Of a DNA stretch of 64,000 nt, positions 21,801 to 34,030 are shown in pieces. Position 1 is the first letter of the stretch. Each line of letters opens with the position of its first letter. The DNA is from an uncultured delta proteobacterium (GTDB lineage Bacteria; Desulfobacterota; Syntrophia; Syntrophales; UBA2185), in assembly GCA_963695875.1 (NCBI GenBank), contig CAVOID010000003.1:192001-256000 (forward strand), given 5' to 3'. A program made the position numbers and the translations under genes. The notes under the pieces were generated by a model. The model had not been told where the DNA came from. It did not search any database and was given only the letters and a program-made list of their open reading frames with translations.

Positions 21801-21963
21801 ACGCATCGGCGCCCATATACATGGTGTTGATCTGGATCTCCGGCGGGACGATTTCAGGAAATTGTGAGACGGGCAATTGCACGAGCGCGACGGTCCCGAT
21901 AATGACAAACATGATGGATATGACCATGGCAACGATGGGACGGTTGATAAAGAACTTTGCCAC
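18810..21963 (-). CDS. AcrB/HAE1 family RND efflux permease (several frameshifts)
   Basis: [41 protein letters not shown] spread over consecutive ORFs. Confidence 0.9.
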
Positions 21964-21969
21964 GCCGGT

Positions 21970-23184
21970 CTACCTCTTCTCCGCCTCGGGTTGAGCCGGC
22001 GGTGTTGCCTCGGTCTTCTGCGCTTGACCGGTCGCTGGCTGAGGTTCGGATCCATAGGGGATCGGATTTACGATCATGCCCTGCCTGACCTTCTGGACAC
22101 CTTCTGCCACGACCCGCTCTCCCGGTCTTCAGCCCTTCATCAATCACCCAGAGGTCATCAACACGTTCAGCCACTTTTACCGGCCGTATATCCACTTTGT
22201 TATTCGCGACCCACCACTGCAACCTGGATAGCTGCCCTGAAGCTCCGTGACCGCCCGCTGGGGTACCAGCAGCGCTTTTTTGATCTTGATCCTGGCGCGA
22301 ATCTTGGCAAATTGTCCGGGCCGAAGAATATTTCCGGGATTCTTGAAGAGGGCGGCCACTCTGATGGTTCCTGTCTTCACGTCCACCTGGCGGTCGGCAA
22401 AGGCAAACTTCCCCTTGTAAGGATAGACACTTCCATCGGAGAGAATCATCTCCAGCGGGTTGTCCTTGAAACCGTTCGGCCTTCTGCCCGTCGCTATGAG
22501 ATATTCCTGCTCACCATACGGAGATGTAGACCTTGATAGGGTCGACTGTCGAGACCGTTGTCAGTTCCTCTATCGACTCCGGGACCGACCAGGTTCCCGA
22601 TCTGCGTCTTGGCGATGCCGGCGATGCCGTCAATGGGAGAAACGATCTTTGTGAAGTCAAGGTCCAGCCTGGCTTTCTCAACCACTGCCTCTGCAGAAAT
22701 CACCGCAGCATGGGCTGCCTGTTCCTGCCCTGTCGGCATCATCCAGGTCTTTTTTGCTGACGGCATTTTGTTCCGCGAGCGGTATGATCCTGGTCAGATT
22801 TGCCTTGGCCGTCGACCAGCGCGCCTTCTGCTCGCCCAGTTGCCCTTTAGCCTGATCGAGGGCAGCCTGAAAAGTGCGCGGATCAATCTCGAAGAGGATC
22901 TGTCCCTTCCTGACGAAATCGCCTTCATGGTAGTTCTGCTTGATGAGGTAGCCCTGAACCTGGGCACGGATCACGGCATTTACCATGCCGTCAGTAGTGC
23001 CGATCCATTCAGAATACATGGGGACATTTTTCTGGGCGACGTCCGCGACTTGCACGGTGGGTGGGGGATTGTTGCCTTTTTGTTCTCTATTGCAGCCCGA
23101 TATAAGGAAAGAGACCGAGCTAACGGCTACTATTACAAGAACACAAGCATGGCGTAATTTTGTTTTTTTATCTTTCATTGACAT
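21970..23184 (-). CDS. RND periplasmic adaptor (MFP) lipoprotein (several frameshifts)
   Basis: Lipobox ISGC, IRAQVQG, FEIDPR, SPIDG, TGTIRV, LRPGQF, LVPQRAV. Confidence 0.85.
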
Positions 23185-23290
23185 AAAAAATTCCTCAATG
23201 CCTCTCTCTCGGACTGGAAAGATGTAATTTCAGGATTGAACTTTGTGCAAGTTCCCATAGGCATATTATCGAATCCGGCAGCGAGCGCAT

Positions 23291-23386
23291 GCCCCTTGGC
23301 TTGCTGCGGGGTAAGCGAGCGAATGGGGAACATTATTATTCCTTGTGGATCGAAGATTCTTCGCAGTTTACTGCGGAGAGCTTCAA
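23291..23386. repeat. REP/MITE-like element with two CCCC-GCAG/CTTG-CTGCGGGG-type palindromes
   Basis: gccccttggcttgctgcggggt and tcttcgcagtttactgcggaga. Confidence 0.55.
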
Positions 23387-23629
23387 TTGATCAGAATGAT
23401 TGTTAAGAGCCGCCTTTTTAAATGTGGGGAGTATATTTGAACGTGTTCTTATATGTCAAGACAATTTGGCTGCAGACCGCAGTGGGTAACGATGTCAGGT
23501 TTAGTAATCACGGTATTATCCTGTCACGCATCGCAGTTCTAAAAGTATTTGTCCGATGATTGAATTCATTGACTTTGGATTGAAAGATGTTAAAATTTGA
23601 CAGTGTATTTTGTCTTTACGTAAAATGCG

Positions 23630-23785
23630 ACATAATGATTGTGGCGCGCCAATGGACCCAGCAGGTTATTTGGTCGATCCACGAGCCCATCTCACTCAAG
23701 GCGGGCATCAATCCTGAGGTGATCAAGGCGCTTGCCGATGGCCGTCGTCCTGTTGGCATGGATGAGGACGAAGATATCCTTTTGG
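23630..23785 (+). pseudogene. Fragment of carboxymuconolactone decarboxylase/AhpD-like gene
   Basis: IMIVARQWTQQ..W..HEP...AG..PEVI.ALADGRRP resembles that family; flanks degenerate. Confidence 0.5.
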
Positions 23786-24025
23786 TCAGAAATCTATTTA
23801 CAGTGGCTGATATTGTCAAAAACGAAATGATTATTATATTATCAATGACATCGCGAAAAGTTCCCCGGCATGCTCGGGGCAAGCATATTAGAGTTTAATC
23901 CCTGCATACGCATGATAAATCTTTAATGCAATAGAGCTTTTTATGTTGTCATCCTAAAATTTATCGTTCAGCGATTTTTGCGAGTTCATCATTATTGAAA
24001 AAGATCGAGTTGATAAGGGGTATTT

Positions 24026-25141
24026 ATGGCATTTTCAACAGGAAACAATACATATCGGGAGAGCGCAGAAAAAATTGCAAAGTTATCTTTTGCTGTGGGT
24101 GTTTACCGTCCACCCAGCGAGGGCGGGAGCGCGTCACTACTCCTCAGGATTACGGAGAATTGCCCGTGGAATAAATGTACCTTTTGCGAAATGTACAAGG
24201 GGCATCCCTTTGTGTATCGTAGCGTAGAAGACATCAAAGCCGATATCGATACCGTGAAGGCCATCAGCGATGAACTTACAGCCGTCTCCGGGAAAATGGG
24301 GCAGGGTGGCCGAATCACCAGAGAGGTGGGAATGGCTATTTTGCGGGCCGATCCTTCTCTTAATGACAACTATTGCTTCATCACCGTTTTCAACTGGCTC
24401 CATTCAGGAGGCAAGACGGCCTTTCTGCAGGATGCCGACAGCATGATCATGCGGCCGCATGAGATCATAGAAGTGCTCAAGCATCTGCGGGGAACGTTAA
24501 AAACACTTACCAGGGTGACCTCCTACACCCGTTCCAAGACACTGGCTCAGAGAAAGCCGGAAGAGTTAAAGGCTATCAGGGAAGCGGGCCTTGATCGTCT
24601 TCATGTTGGTCTGGAAACAGGAGATGACGAATTGTTGGGTATTGTCCGCAAAGGTGTGACTAGCGCCGAACAGATTGATGGTGGTAAAAAGGCCATGGCT
24701 GCGGGCTTTCAACTTTCCGAATACTGGATGCCCGGTCTGGGCGGCAGTGAACGCTGGCGGCAGCATGCGGAAAATACTGCCCGTGTCCTCACAGCCATCA
24801 ATCCAGACTACATTAGGTCCCGTCCCTTTGTTCCCAGATGCGGAACGCCGATTTTTGAGGATTATGAGCAGGGAAGGCTGAACCTCACTTCACCGCATGA
24901 GCGTCTTGAAGAGTTACGGGTGATGATCGAAGGGCTGAATGTGACCTCGCGTGTCTGCTTTGACCACAACATGAATTCCTGGACAAACAGACGTGGCGGT
25001 CTGCTCTTCCATCAGGATTATGAAGGCTATAAGTTCCCTGAAGAAAAACCGCTTGTTCTGGAACTGATTCGTGAAGGTCTTTCTATAGACGAATCAAGGC
25101 ACATTGATGTAAAAGATCTCATCGCCATGAAATCTCTGTGA
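24026..25141 (+). CDS. Radical SAM protein
   Basis: YRPPSE and CPWNKCTFC (CxxxCxxC), GLETG. Confidence 0.9.
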   Translation: MAFSTGNNTYRESAEKIAKLSFAVGVYRPPSEGGSASLLLRITENCPWNKCTFCEMYKGHPFVYRSVEDIKADIDTVKAISDELTAVSGKMGQGGRITREVGMAILRADPSLNDNYCFITVFNWLHSGGKTAFLQDADSMIMRPHEIIEVLKHLRGTLKTLTRVTSYTRSKTLAQRKPEELKAIREAGLDRLHVGLETGDDELLGIVRKGVTSAEQIDGGKKAMAAGFQLSEYWMPGLGGSERWRQHAENTARVLTAINPDYIRSRPFVPRCGTPIFEDYEQGRLNLTSPHERLEELRVMIEGLNVTSRVCFDHNMNSWTNRRGGLLFHQDYEGYKFPEEKPLVLELIREGLSIDESRHIDVKDLIAMKSL

Positions 25142-25633
25142 TTACCGGGACAATGTCTGCAATGATGATTTAGGGATAAGAAGAATATTTTAGCTAGTCA
25201 ATAATTTGTTGCAGGCATGAAATAAAACAAAAAGGCAATCTATTTACCTTGTCCGTGGTCAATTCCGTGAAGTTCTTCCTGTTATATAGTAAGCAACGCC
25301 GGACATTGGATATCGAACCTTTCAAATACTATCGTTCGTATCCAACTATCGGTCCAGTTTATTGATTACAGGATCAAAGGGGTAAAAGCCTGAACCGTTT
25401 ATTTATCCGCGCAAGAAGAAAGTGAATATCTTCCTATAATGTTTTTTTTCTAATCTTGCTCTTCCATACAACCTTTCAAATAGGAATCATCAAAATGCCT
25501 GTTTAAGATAGTTCTTGACAAAAAGACCATGGCAGGCGTTCAATATCAACAACATCTTGAATAAGATGACTGGCAGCCGAGTCAAACCGTCCAGCACCTA
25601 TTGAAAGACTTCTTCGATTGATGATTGAAACCC

Positions 25634-25659
25634 GTCTCTCAGAAGAGAGGCTGTTTTTT
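25634..25659 (+). terminator. Intrinsic terminator-like hairpin upstream of DUF374 gene
   Basis: GTCTCTC-AGAA-GAGAGGC followed by T run. Confidence 0.4.
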
Positions 25660-25697
25660 ATTTCCGTAGTTTTTCATGAGAATAGGGGATTCTGCCC

Positions 25698-26387
25698 ATG
25701 CCTTCTATATTTAGAAAGATCGTAAGGACAAGGTTGTTCCATTCTTTTCTTTACCGCTTTATTCGCCTCTACAGCGCGACGTTCAGGATTCAGGTCGAAA
25801 ACGAAAAAGAATGGATGGACCATCTCAGGAACGGCGGCAGGGTCGTGTTATGCACCTGGCATCAGCAATTTTTCGCGATAATCCGACATTTCCAGACCTA
25901 TAGAAACTTCAAACCCTCCCTGATGATCAGCAAGAGTTCCGACGGCGAGATCGTCGCTGGTGTGGCCGAGAGAAGCGGTTGGCATGCAGTCCGGGGTTCT
26001 TCTTCGCGAGACGGAAGAGAGGCCTTGAAGAAAATGATTCACCGATTAAGTCAATCAGGACTGGCCGTTCATATCGTTGACGGTCCCAAGGGGCCGGCAG
26101 GAATCGTGAAGGCGGGGGTGATTAAGCTGGCTCACGCTGCCGATGCGGTCATTATTCCCTTTTATACCTCTGCCGACAGGGCCTGGTATTTCAACAGCTG
26201 GGACAACTTTTTTCTGCCCAAGCCCTTTGCCAGGGTCGTCATCTCCTTCGGGAATATGATCAAACTGGCGCCCGCCGCAGACGCGATCACCTTCGAACGT
26301 CAAAGGCTTGACCTGGAACGGATAATGGTTCCTGAGTTGAGAGTAAACCCCGTCAAGAAATCATCATACTGTAAGGAGCCTTGTTAA
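25698..26387 (+). CDS. DUF374 lysophospholipid acyltransferase family protein
   Basis: WH, ISKSSDGE, VRGSSS, DGPKGP, SWD-F-LPKPF. Confidence 0.85.
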   Translation: MPSIFRKIVRTRLFHSFLYRFIRLYSATFRIQVENEKEWMDHLRNGGRVVLCTWHQQFFAIIRHFQTYRNFKPSLMISKSSDGEIVAGVAERSGWHAVRGSSSRDGREALKKMIHRLSQSGLAVHIVDGPKGPAGIVKAGVIKLAHAADAVIIPFYTSADRAWYFNSWDNFFLPKPFARVVISFGNMIKLAPAADAITFERQRLDLERIMVPELRVNPVKKSSYCKEPC

Positions 26388-26737
26388 GCCATGTTCCTAT
26401 CTGTTTGATACACACTTTCAACTGGTAAAAATCAACCTTATATTAAGTGCTGCATGCATGACCTGTAGGTGGCACCAATAACCGGCGTATTTCATTTTTT
26501 CATCGCGCTCGTGAGCATAACGGGATGAAAGCTGCTACACAAACGCATCAACCACAAGTCTCTTCATGCTTTTCAGTTTTTTTGTAATAACTTTCATGCA
26601 TGATTCACAATCTATGTCTTTTACTAGGACTAACGGTTCGAAAGAATGTATGGATTTTTTTATTTGAAATAAAGATATAGTGGGAGTAAATAGAATCTCA
26701 CATTATGGGGAACCATTGTACTGATAGGGGGGAAACC

Positions 26738-27173
26738 ATGTCTGATTATCCGGCGTACCTCCGGAGGCTGCAATCCGGGGAAAAAGGCCTGAACCCATTT
26801 CTGGATTTTTTCGGAATAATCATGGAAGAGCTGAAGGAGGGATATGCGCGGTTCCGTATGCCGGTCCGCCCGGAGTATATTCAGGTAGCCGGTATCATGC
26901 AGGGTGGGGTTATCGTGGCGATGGCGGACGAAGCGATCTGCCCATGCCATCATGACCGTTCTTAAACCTGGTACTGAACTTACCACTATAGAGTTAAAAA
27001 GTAATTTTCTTGCCCCTGTTCGGGATGGAGAGATTACTGCGGAAGCTACCGTGTTCAAGAGAGGACGGACATTGATCATAGGCGATTGCCTGGTTATGAA
27101 TGGAGATGACAGGGAAGTGTTGCGCTGTTCGGCCACTTTCCTGGCATTCCCGGATAAGAAGAATAGTAAATAA
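26738..27173 (+). CDS. PaaI family thioesterase (frameshift near 26940)
   Basis: MQGGVIVAMADE, TTIELKSNFLAP. Confidence 0.8.
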
Positions 27174-27690
27174 TGGCCGAATATATAATCCGCCCTTGTG
27201 AAGATAGCGCGTTCGAAACCATGTATGCTATTATCAATGATGCCGCGCAGGCGTACCGGGGGATCATCCCGGCGGACCGCTGGAAAGAACCGTACATGCC
27301 ACGGGAAGAACTGCGGCATGAAATCGATGAGGGGGTCGTATTCTGGGGATATGAAGAAAATGGAGAGCTTCTTGGCGTGATGGGCATACAGGATGTCCAG
27401 GATGTCACATTGATGAGGCACGCCTACGTGCGCACGGAGAGACGAAACCAGGGTATCGGCGGGAAAATTACTGTCGGTGCTTCGGGAGAAAACCACGCGT
27501 CCCGTCTTAATCGGCACCTGGGCGGCGGCGGTCTGGGCGGTTCGTTTCTATGAAAAGCATGGCTTCCGTCTGGTTACTCCGGAAGAGAAGGATCGCTTGT
27601 TGAAAAAATACTGGTCGATTCCGGAACGTCAGGTAGAAACATCCGTGGTTCTTGCGGACCGGCGCTGGTTCGATATGAGGGGGAGTAGAA
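27173..27690 (+). CDS. GNAT N-acetyltransferase (frameshift near 27465)
   Basis: RNQGIGG, AVRFYEKHGF. Confidence 0.8.
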
Positions 27691-27692
27691 TC

Positions 27693-28179
27693 GTGATACC
27701 GATAGTGTCCATAGTAGGTCGATCAAATACGGGAAAGACAACCCTGATTGAAAAAATGATACCGGAATTAAGGCGGAGGGGCTATCGGGTGGCGACGATC
27801 AAGCACAATATCCACGGTTTTGACATCGATCATGAAGGGAAGGACAGTTGGCGGCACAAGAAAGCGGGTGCGCAGATGACGGTCATCGCATCCCCCCATC
27901 AGGTCGCCGTTGTTGAAGATGTAAACAGAGACTATGAATTATCGGAACTGAGGGATCACTATATCCGGGATGTCGATATTATCCTGTCGGAAGGCTTTAA
28001 AAAAAATCCCCATCCCAAAATCGAGGTCTGTCCGGTCGGGACTGAAACATGACCCCCTCTGCACCAGAGAGGACAATCTCATCGCCATTATGAGCGACCG
28101 GCCGGTGGACAGAGGCGTTCCCTGTCTGGATATCAATGACGTGGCTGGTCTTGCGAGTCTTATTGAGAGAAATTTTTAA
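27693..28179 (+). CDS. mobB: Molybdopterin-guanine dinucleotide biosynthesis protein B (frameshift near 28030)
   Basis: IVGRSNTGKTTL, IKH, GKDSWRHKKAGA, EGFK. Confidence 0.85.
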
Positions 28180-28930
28180 CTAACCGCAATTCTGACGGGG
28201 GTTATAAGGATTGCCGTGAGTACTGCGACTGTTCTCACGGCAACGTGGCTGTCTATCTAATATGGTAAAGGCATACGCCGTAAACATGCCATCATGGCTC
28301 AGGCTGATATCGGTATCATTCCGTCTGCCATTTAAATATACGAAAGGGAGGTTGCAGGCCGTGAGATCCTTTCTCCCTGCGGATTTCAATGCCTTCCGGA
28401 CTCTCGTCAACATATGCCGAGAGATGTTTCTTCAGTGCCTCACGCACACACAATGATTCATACGTCGGGCGAAGCTTCGGAACGGGACTGTATCCGGTCC
28501 ACGTGCCAGACAACGGCATCTGTCGTTTCTAAAGGAACCGTGGCGCCGACACAATGCACGTAATCGCGCGTGATAAAAATCCTTATATGGATATTGGCCG
28601 TACGGGGTATCCACGGTACCGGAGATAGCACAGTCTTCACCTGAAACATTCAACCGATTCATGAGAAATATCTTTCCAATCCAGACGTACTTCATACAAC
28701 CGGGGCGTGGATGAGGCTGATGGATGGCACTTGCTGATAATCTTGTATGCCGTTTCCTTGCCCGCCCACAGAGCCCAGATTATGGTGTCCGGGTTGGTGG
28801 AATTGAATATCTGTTTTTGCTCACTGAGGGTAAAGACGCGGTTGACGAATCGCAGATTCCGGCTCTTCCCCATGTTGTGCGGATCGGTCAGATCCACTAT
28901 GTCGTTGCCGATGTGAAGTAAAATAGACTT
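28180..28930 (-). CDS. 4'-phosphopantetheinyl transferase superfamily protein (frameshifted)
   Basis: IGNDIVDL, WAGKETAYK, DISLSHDG. Confidence 0.75.
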
Positions 28931-29653
28931 CCTCCATGTGTGCCAGTTTTTTGATAATCTGCTCCGCATAGAACCGTTGCGCCCGGAGGCCGTTTTCTTC
29001 TGTGTAGCTCCGGCTGTAATACTTCCACATTGACGTTGAAACGTTCACCGAACCTGGGGATGAATCCATAGGTGTGTTGACCATCCCCGCGGAGATAGAT
29101 GCACATAATCTTGCAGTCTTCGAAATCTTTGACAAAGCGGCCCACACCGTAGGAATAACCTTCGGTATTCACCCGTGCCGGTCCGGGAACGCCCTCCCTC
29201 CGGGAAAATCAGAATAGGCTGATTCCATTCCAGAAGAGCGTTGCATTTGTCAAGCGTTTTTTTCATTTCCTCGCGGTCGCCGCCACGATTGATGGGAATG
29301 CATTTCGCACAGATAACAAAGAATTGCCAGGAAGATATTTCGTTGAAAATTATTCCTTTCCGGCAAATTCCACGGAAGCTGTCGATATTGCAGAAGATGA
29401 CGCGGCAATGAATACAGCGCATATGAGATAATACATGGAATCAATCATGGTGAGGTGATTGGCGCAGATGATCCATGGCCCTTCATGAGTTCTCTGAAGT
29501 GCCGAGCGCATTCCTGTCTGATCTTCCGTAAATTCCTCACCCGGTATCCCATTAACCGGATAATGGCAAAGTAGAGCGGGCCGAGGACAAATATTGCAAC
29601 CCTGCCCAGGATGTATTGAATGAGCAGAGAGCCCTGGCGTCATCTGTCTTCAT
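28821..29653 (-). CDS. Lysophospholipid (PlsC-type) acyltransferase (frameshifted)
   Basis: NHLTMID, IFPEGGRSR. Confidence 0.8.
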
Positions 29654-29663
29654 ATACTTGGTC

Positions 29664-29912
29664 TTATCCCAATTTAGTTTTGATAATGATGACGGCGTCT
29701 CCGATGGTTCCGATCTTATCGGCCTCATCATCTTCGACGGTAATACCGAAGGTGTCTTCACACTTTATGATGACGTCTACCAGCCGTGCGGAATTAACCT
29801 TCAGGTCATTCAGGATGTGCGTATCCTTTGTCGCCTTGTCCAAAAGGCTCGGGTCCTTTGTGTAAAGTCTGAGAATGTCGAGCATTTTGTTAAAAATAGT
29901 CTGTTCATCCAT
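29664..29912 (-). CDS. Acyl carrier protein
   Basis: 82 aa acidic; DLKVNSARLVD attachment-site variant. Confidence 0.85.
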   Translation of the reverse strand: MDEQTIFNKMLDILRLYTKDPSLLDKATKDTHILNDLKVNSARLVDVIIKCEDTFGITVEDDEADKIGTIGDAVIIIKTKLG

Positions 29913-29915
29913 CTT

Positions 29916-31210
29916 TTAATAACTCCTTTGATTATTATTCCATTTTTTAAATATCAAACAGCTGTTCACATCGCCGAAACCGAAACCGGCCTTGGCAATG
30001 ATGCGTAACTCGGGATAGTCCATGCACTTTTGCGGTACTTTATCTTCAAATTCGGCAATATCGGGGTGGATATCCTCGCAGTTGGCGGACGGATGGAGGA
30101 ATCTCTTGTATAATTGCAGTACGACGGCAACACTCTCGATGGCCCCTGCCGCCCCTAAACAATGGCCGACCAATGATTTTGTGGAATTGATATAGGGAAA
30201 ATTCTTGGGACCGCGTTCCAGGGCTACCGACCAGTTTTTCACTTCATAGGGGATCGGCAAAAGTAGCCGTCAAGTGACCGTTAATCGCATCGATCTCGCC
30301 AGGTGTAATACCGGCATCTGATACGGCGGCTCTAATACAGCGCTTGACGCCTTCAGGATTCGGCGCGGTTATGGAACCACCCATGCGGTGTCCGCCGCAA
30401 TTCACGGCGCCTCCAAGCACTTCCGCGTAAATCTTTGCCCCGCGCTCCAGGGCGGATTCCAGATCTTCCAGAACCAGGACCGCCGCCCCCGAACCGGGCA
30501 CAAAACCGCTTGCCGTAGCACTCATGGGCCGTGACGCCGCTTCCGGTTGATCATTGAATTTCCGGCAGATGACGCGCATGGCATCGAATCCGGCCCAGAT
30601 ATAGGGAGATGCCCCCTCAGATCCGCCGGCCAGCATACGTTTGGCCAGACCCGTACGTATTCTCCACAATGCTTCGATGACCGCTTCGTTCCCCGTGCTG
30701 CAGGCGGACGAATTTGAAGTCACCTGGTTTCCCAGTGCCAGCAAACCGGCGATACGGGCGCTGGTGCCGCTATTCATAACCTGTTCAACGATACGGCTTC
30801 CCATGCGGCGCACCTTTCCTTCGTTGACCATGGGAACCACAGTCTTGGCGATGGTATCCATGCCGCCGATGCCGGAGCCGACAATCACACCTGTGTCCCA
30901 GTCCACGTTGTCGTCCTCGGAAGTCGGGTACGGTAAAACCGGCGTCTGTCCAGGCATCCACTGCGCAGACGGACGCGTATCCGATATTGTCATTGAGGGA
31001 CATCAATTTTTCATGATCGAAGTAACTCTTGCGAATTGTATCAAAATCCTGAGGAACACCGCCAATCTGGCAGGCAAAGTTCAATTCCTTCAGCTCAGGG
31101 ATAAAACGGATGCCCGAGCGGCCTTCCCGCAGGGCCTCTTCAAAGTTATTCAAACCATGGGCGTTGGGGGCTGCTACCCCCATTCCCGTTATAACTACTC
31201 TTCTTTTCAC
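29916..31210 (-). CDS. Beta-ketoacyl-ACP synthase (FabF/FabB family), frameshifted
   Basis: RRVVITGMG, SSACSTG, INGHLTAT, KSLVGHCLGAAG, GFGFG. Confidence 0.9.
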
Positions 31211-31243
31211 CTTACACGTAATCCTCCATAAAACCATTTAATG

Positions 31244-31720
31244 CTAAATGCGGGAAGGGACTCCCCTGCCGGCCAGCGTGCCGGAACTTACTGTTTCACC
31301 ATTTTCCCTTTCCATGCTGACCTTTGATTTCAAATTTCCCATGCGGAAATAGACTTTTTGACCTCTGATGATTACCCGCTCACCGGGATGTACAATGCCG
31401 GTAAACTCCACCCCTTCGGCGAGGGTAAAAAGCGTCATCATCTCCTTCATTGACTCAAGGGGTATTCTTCTTTGCTTCATATTAAGATATAGACCAAAGG
31501 CAACAACTCCCGTTTGCGCCATTGTTTCGATAAGAATGACACCCGGCGTGATCGGTTGGCCGGGGAAATGTCCCTGATAAAAATACTCATCCTCACGAAA
31601 ACGGTACGCACCCACGATATGTTCATCATCCAGTTCCAGTATCTCGTCGATAAAACGAAAGGGGTATTGCTGGGGAACGCTATTCAGAATCCGGACCATC
31701 GTGTCCCGATCAGCCGCCAT
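31244..31720 (-). CDS. FabA/FabZ family beta-hydroxyacyl-ACP dehydratase
   Basis: PFRFIDEI, GHFPGQPITPGVILIETMAQ. Confidence 0.9.
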   Translation of the reverse strand: MAADRDTMVRILNSVPQQYPFRFIDEILELDDEHIVGAYRFREDEYFYQGHFPGQPITPGVILIETMAQTGVVAFGLYLNMKQRRIPLESMKEMMTLFTLAEGVEFTGIVHPGERVIIRGQKVYFRMGNLKSKVSMERENGETVSSGTLAGRGVPSRI

Positions 31721-32438
31721 AGAGTCCTCCGTTCACATGGATGACGCTTCCGGATATGTATGAGCCGCGCGTGGCGAGAAATGCGACCACTTCGGCTACC
31801 TCCTCGGGGCGTCCTATACGGTTCAAAGTAATATTGTCAAGGATTCTTTTTTGCACCTCTTCGGGAAGAGCCTGTGTCATCTCTGTTTCAATAAATCCCG
31901 GAGCAACGGAATTGACAAGGATATTACGCCCGGCTAATTCTTTCGACAGGGATTTTGTAAAGGCATCAAGGGCCGCCTTTTCCATGGTGTAAGGAATCTG
32001 GCCGCTGTTGCCCGTATGTCCCACGACACTCGATATATTAATGATGCGACCTCCTCCCTGACGCAACATGAAGAGGCGGATGATCCGTTTGGTCAGGTAC
32101 CAGGTTCCGCGCGTCACGGCTCGCTGTGCATCATATTGCTCAATTTTCATGCTGTTGATGTCGGCGTTCACGGATACATCCGGCATTGTTCACAAGAACA
32201 TCCACGCGTCCCGCCTTTTCCTTCACCTTGTTGACCATGGCTTCTATCTGGTTGATATCGGCCAGGTCCGCCTGGAGGAGAAACCCATCTCTGTATCTCG
32301 GAAAGGAGGGCCTTTGCCTGTTCCTCACTTGATCCGGTAATGAATGCCCACCTGAAATCCTTCCGACAGCGCTCGGCAGCATGCCGCGCCAATCCCCTTT
32401 CCGCCGCCGGTTACAATTGCCACGGGTTTTCCGCTCAT
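31710..32438 (-). CDS. fabG: 3-oxoacyl-ACP reductase (SDR), frameshifted
   Basis: VTGGG, VLVNNAG, NISSVVG, YTMEK (YxxxK), VAPGFIET. Confidence 0.8.
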
Positions 32439-33036
32439 GAGCTTCCTCTCATAATTCCACCGACAGAGTTGGCGGATCGCTTCGGGTAATCGGGATACAC
32501 AATACCCTGGAATACGCCGGTGCGGGCGTCTTTGACTTGGCTATCAATTCGTTGTCCACAAATATACTTGCCGTCGGCAATGGCGATGCTTGCCCCTGAG
32601 TCTTTCAATTGGGAGAAGCGTCTCACTTCTATCTCATACCGGACACATTTATTGTAAGGGCGGATCTGACCGCTGAAAGTAACCTCACCGCAGCCCAGCG
32701 CCCTGCCGGCACCCAAGGCACCCCGCCAGACGCAGTAGAAACCCAGCAATTGCCATACTGCATCTACACAGAGGCAGCCCGGCTGAACCGGATCCCCCGG
32801 CATATGGCATTGAAAATACCAGGCGTCCAGTCTGATGTCCTGCTCGGCCACTATTGAACCCTGTCTGCCGTATACTCTTGCATGACAGGATACGATCCAC
32901 CATGAGGAAGGGAGGCGCCGGCAAACGGGCTTCAAATCCCGCAGGCGGGTCATCCACCAGGCGTTCCATAAGCAAATGCGATAAGATCTTCCATGCGAAA
33001 ATAATGGCGATCCTTGAATTCTTCATACGTCACCAT
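32435..33036 (-). CDS. fabA: 3-hydroxyacyl-ACP dehydratase/isomerase, frameshifted
   Basis: RLPAPPFLMVDRI, WYFQCHMPGDPVQPGCLCVDAVWQLLGF, GRALG. Confidence 0.85.
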
Positions 33037-34030
33037 TTTTCTTCCACTTTAAGAATCATATGAACCCAGGACAATCCCGCTCCGACAATTGCTAATGCCA
33101 CATGATCGCCGGGCCGAAGGTCATTCCAGTGCTGGCTTAGAACAGTCGGTGCCCCTGCACAACCTGTGTTTCCAAAATACTCCACATTGTGCCAGTGATT
33201 ATGTTCAGGAATTCGAGAACGTTCACAGACTGTTTGCAACATGCCCATATTAGCCTGGTGGCCTATAAAGATAAAACGATTGCCATTCATGGAATAGGAT
33301 CCTTGCAGCAGGCGTACGGAATCGGTCGTTTTGCGAATGGCAAAACCCTGTACGGCATTGCCGTCCTGATAGAAATAGCCCGTCCAGGAAATGCCCACCT
33401 TTTCCCATTCGGACGGCTTTGTGTCATAATGAGCACGATATGAACGCGGCACGTGACGGGACGGTGGCTGATACGACGGCGGCAGAACTCCCATCACCGA
33501 AAAGTACGGCAGCTTTCCGATCGGAATAATCTACCCGGCGTGTGAGGTTTTCCGGATTGACCACTAAGACATAGGGAGGTAAGGCATCCGGCCTCATGCC
33601 GCTGAGAAAATTGATCTGCGTGCCAAAGGTGGTGCAGGCCGAGTTCAGGTCAAAGCAGGGGACCTCGATTCCCAGTTCCGCCGCGACGGCCGAAGCCTCT
33701 GCGGGAGCCGCGACATTCCGTAGAACTACTTCCCGAAATTACGAGCCCGATATCTTCGGCCTTGATTCCCGCCCGGTCAAGGGCTATACGGGAGGCCGCT
33801 GCGGCTAATTGGGCGTTACTGTATAAACCCGCCTCAAAGGCCGCTTTCGGTTCTTTGTTTTTTGTATTCTTAATGTAATCTAAAGGAAGGACCGTACGGC
33901 GTGTTATAATGCCCACTCTCTCTAAAATCCATTCCTCAGTTGTCCCGATATCCAAATCCACCAGGAATTGATTGGTGATGACGTTTTCAGGGTGAAAATG
34001 GCCCATGCCGTGAAGATAGAGTTTGCTCAT
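33030..34030 (-). CDS. Ketoacyl-ACP synthase III (FabH-like), frameshifted
   Basis: EWILERVGI, DLNSAC, GHQAN, FGNTGCA. Confidence 0.85.

Noticed and set aside
26660..27517. 285-aa minus-strand ORF and similar long antisense ORFs
   Set aside because: Antisense to well-supported genes, with no recognisable motifs
27477..28052. Apparent GNAT-MobB fusion
   Set aside because: mobB has its own RBS and GTG at 27693; one extra G in the GGGGG run would stop the GNAT at TAG
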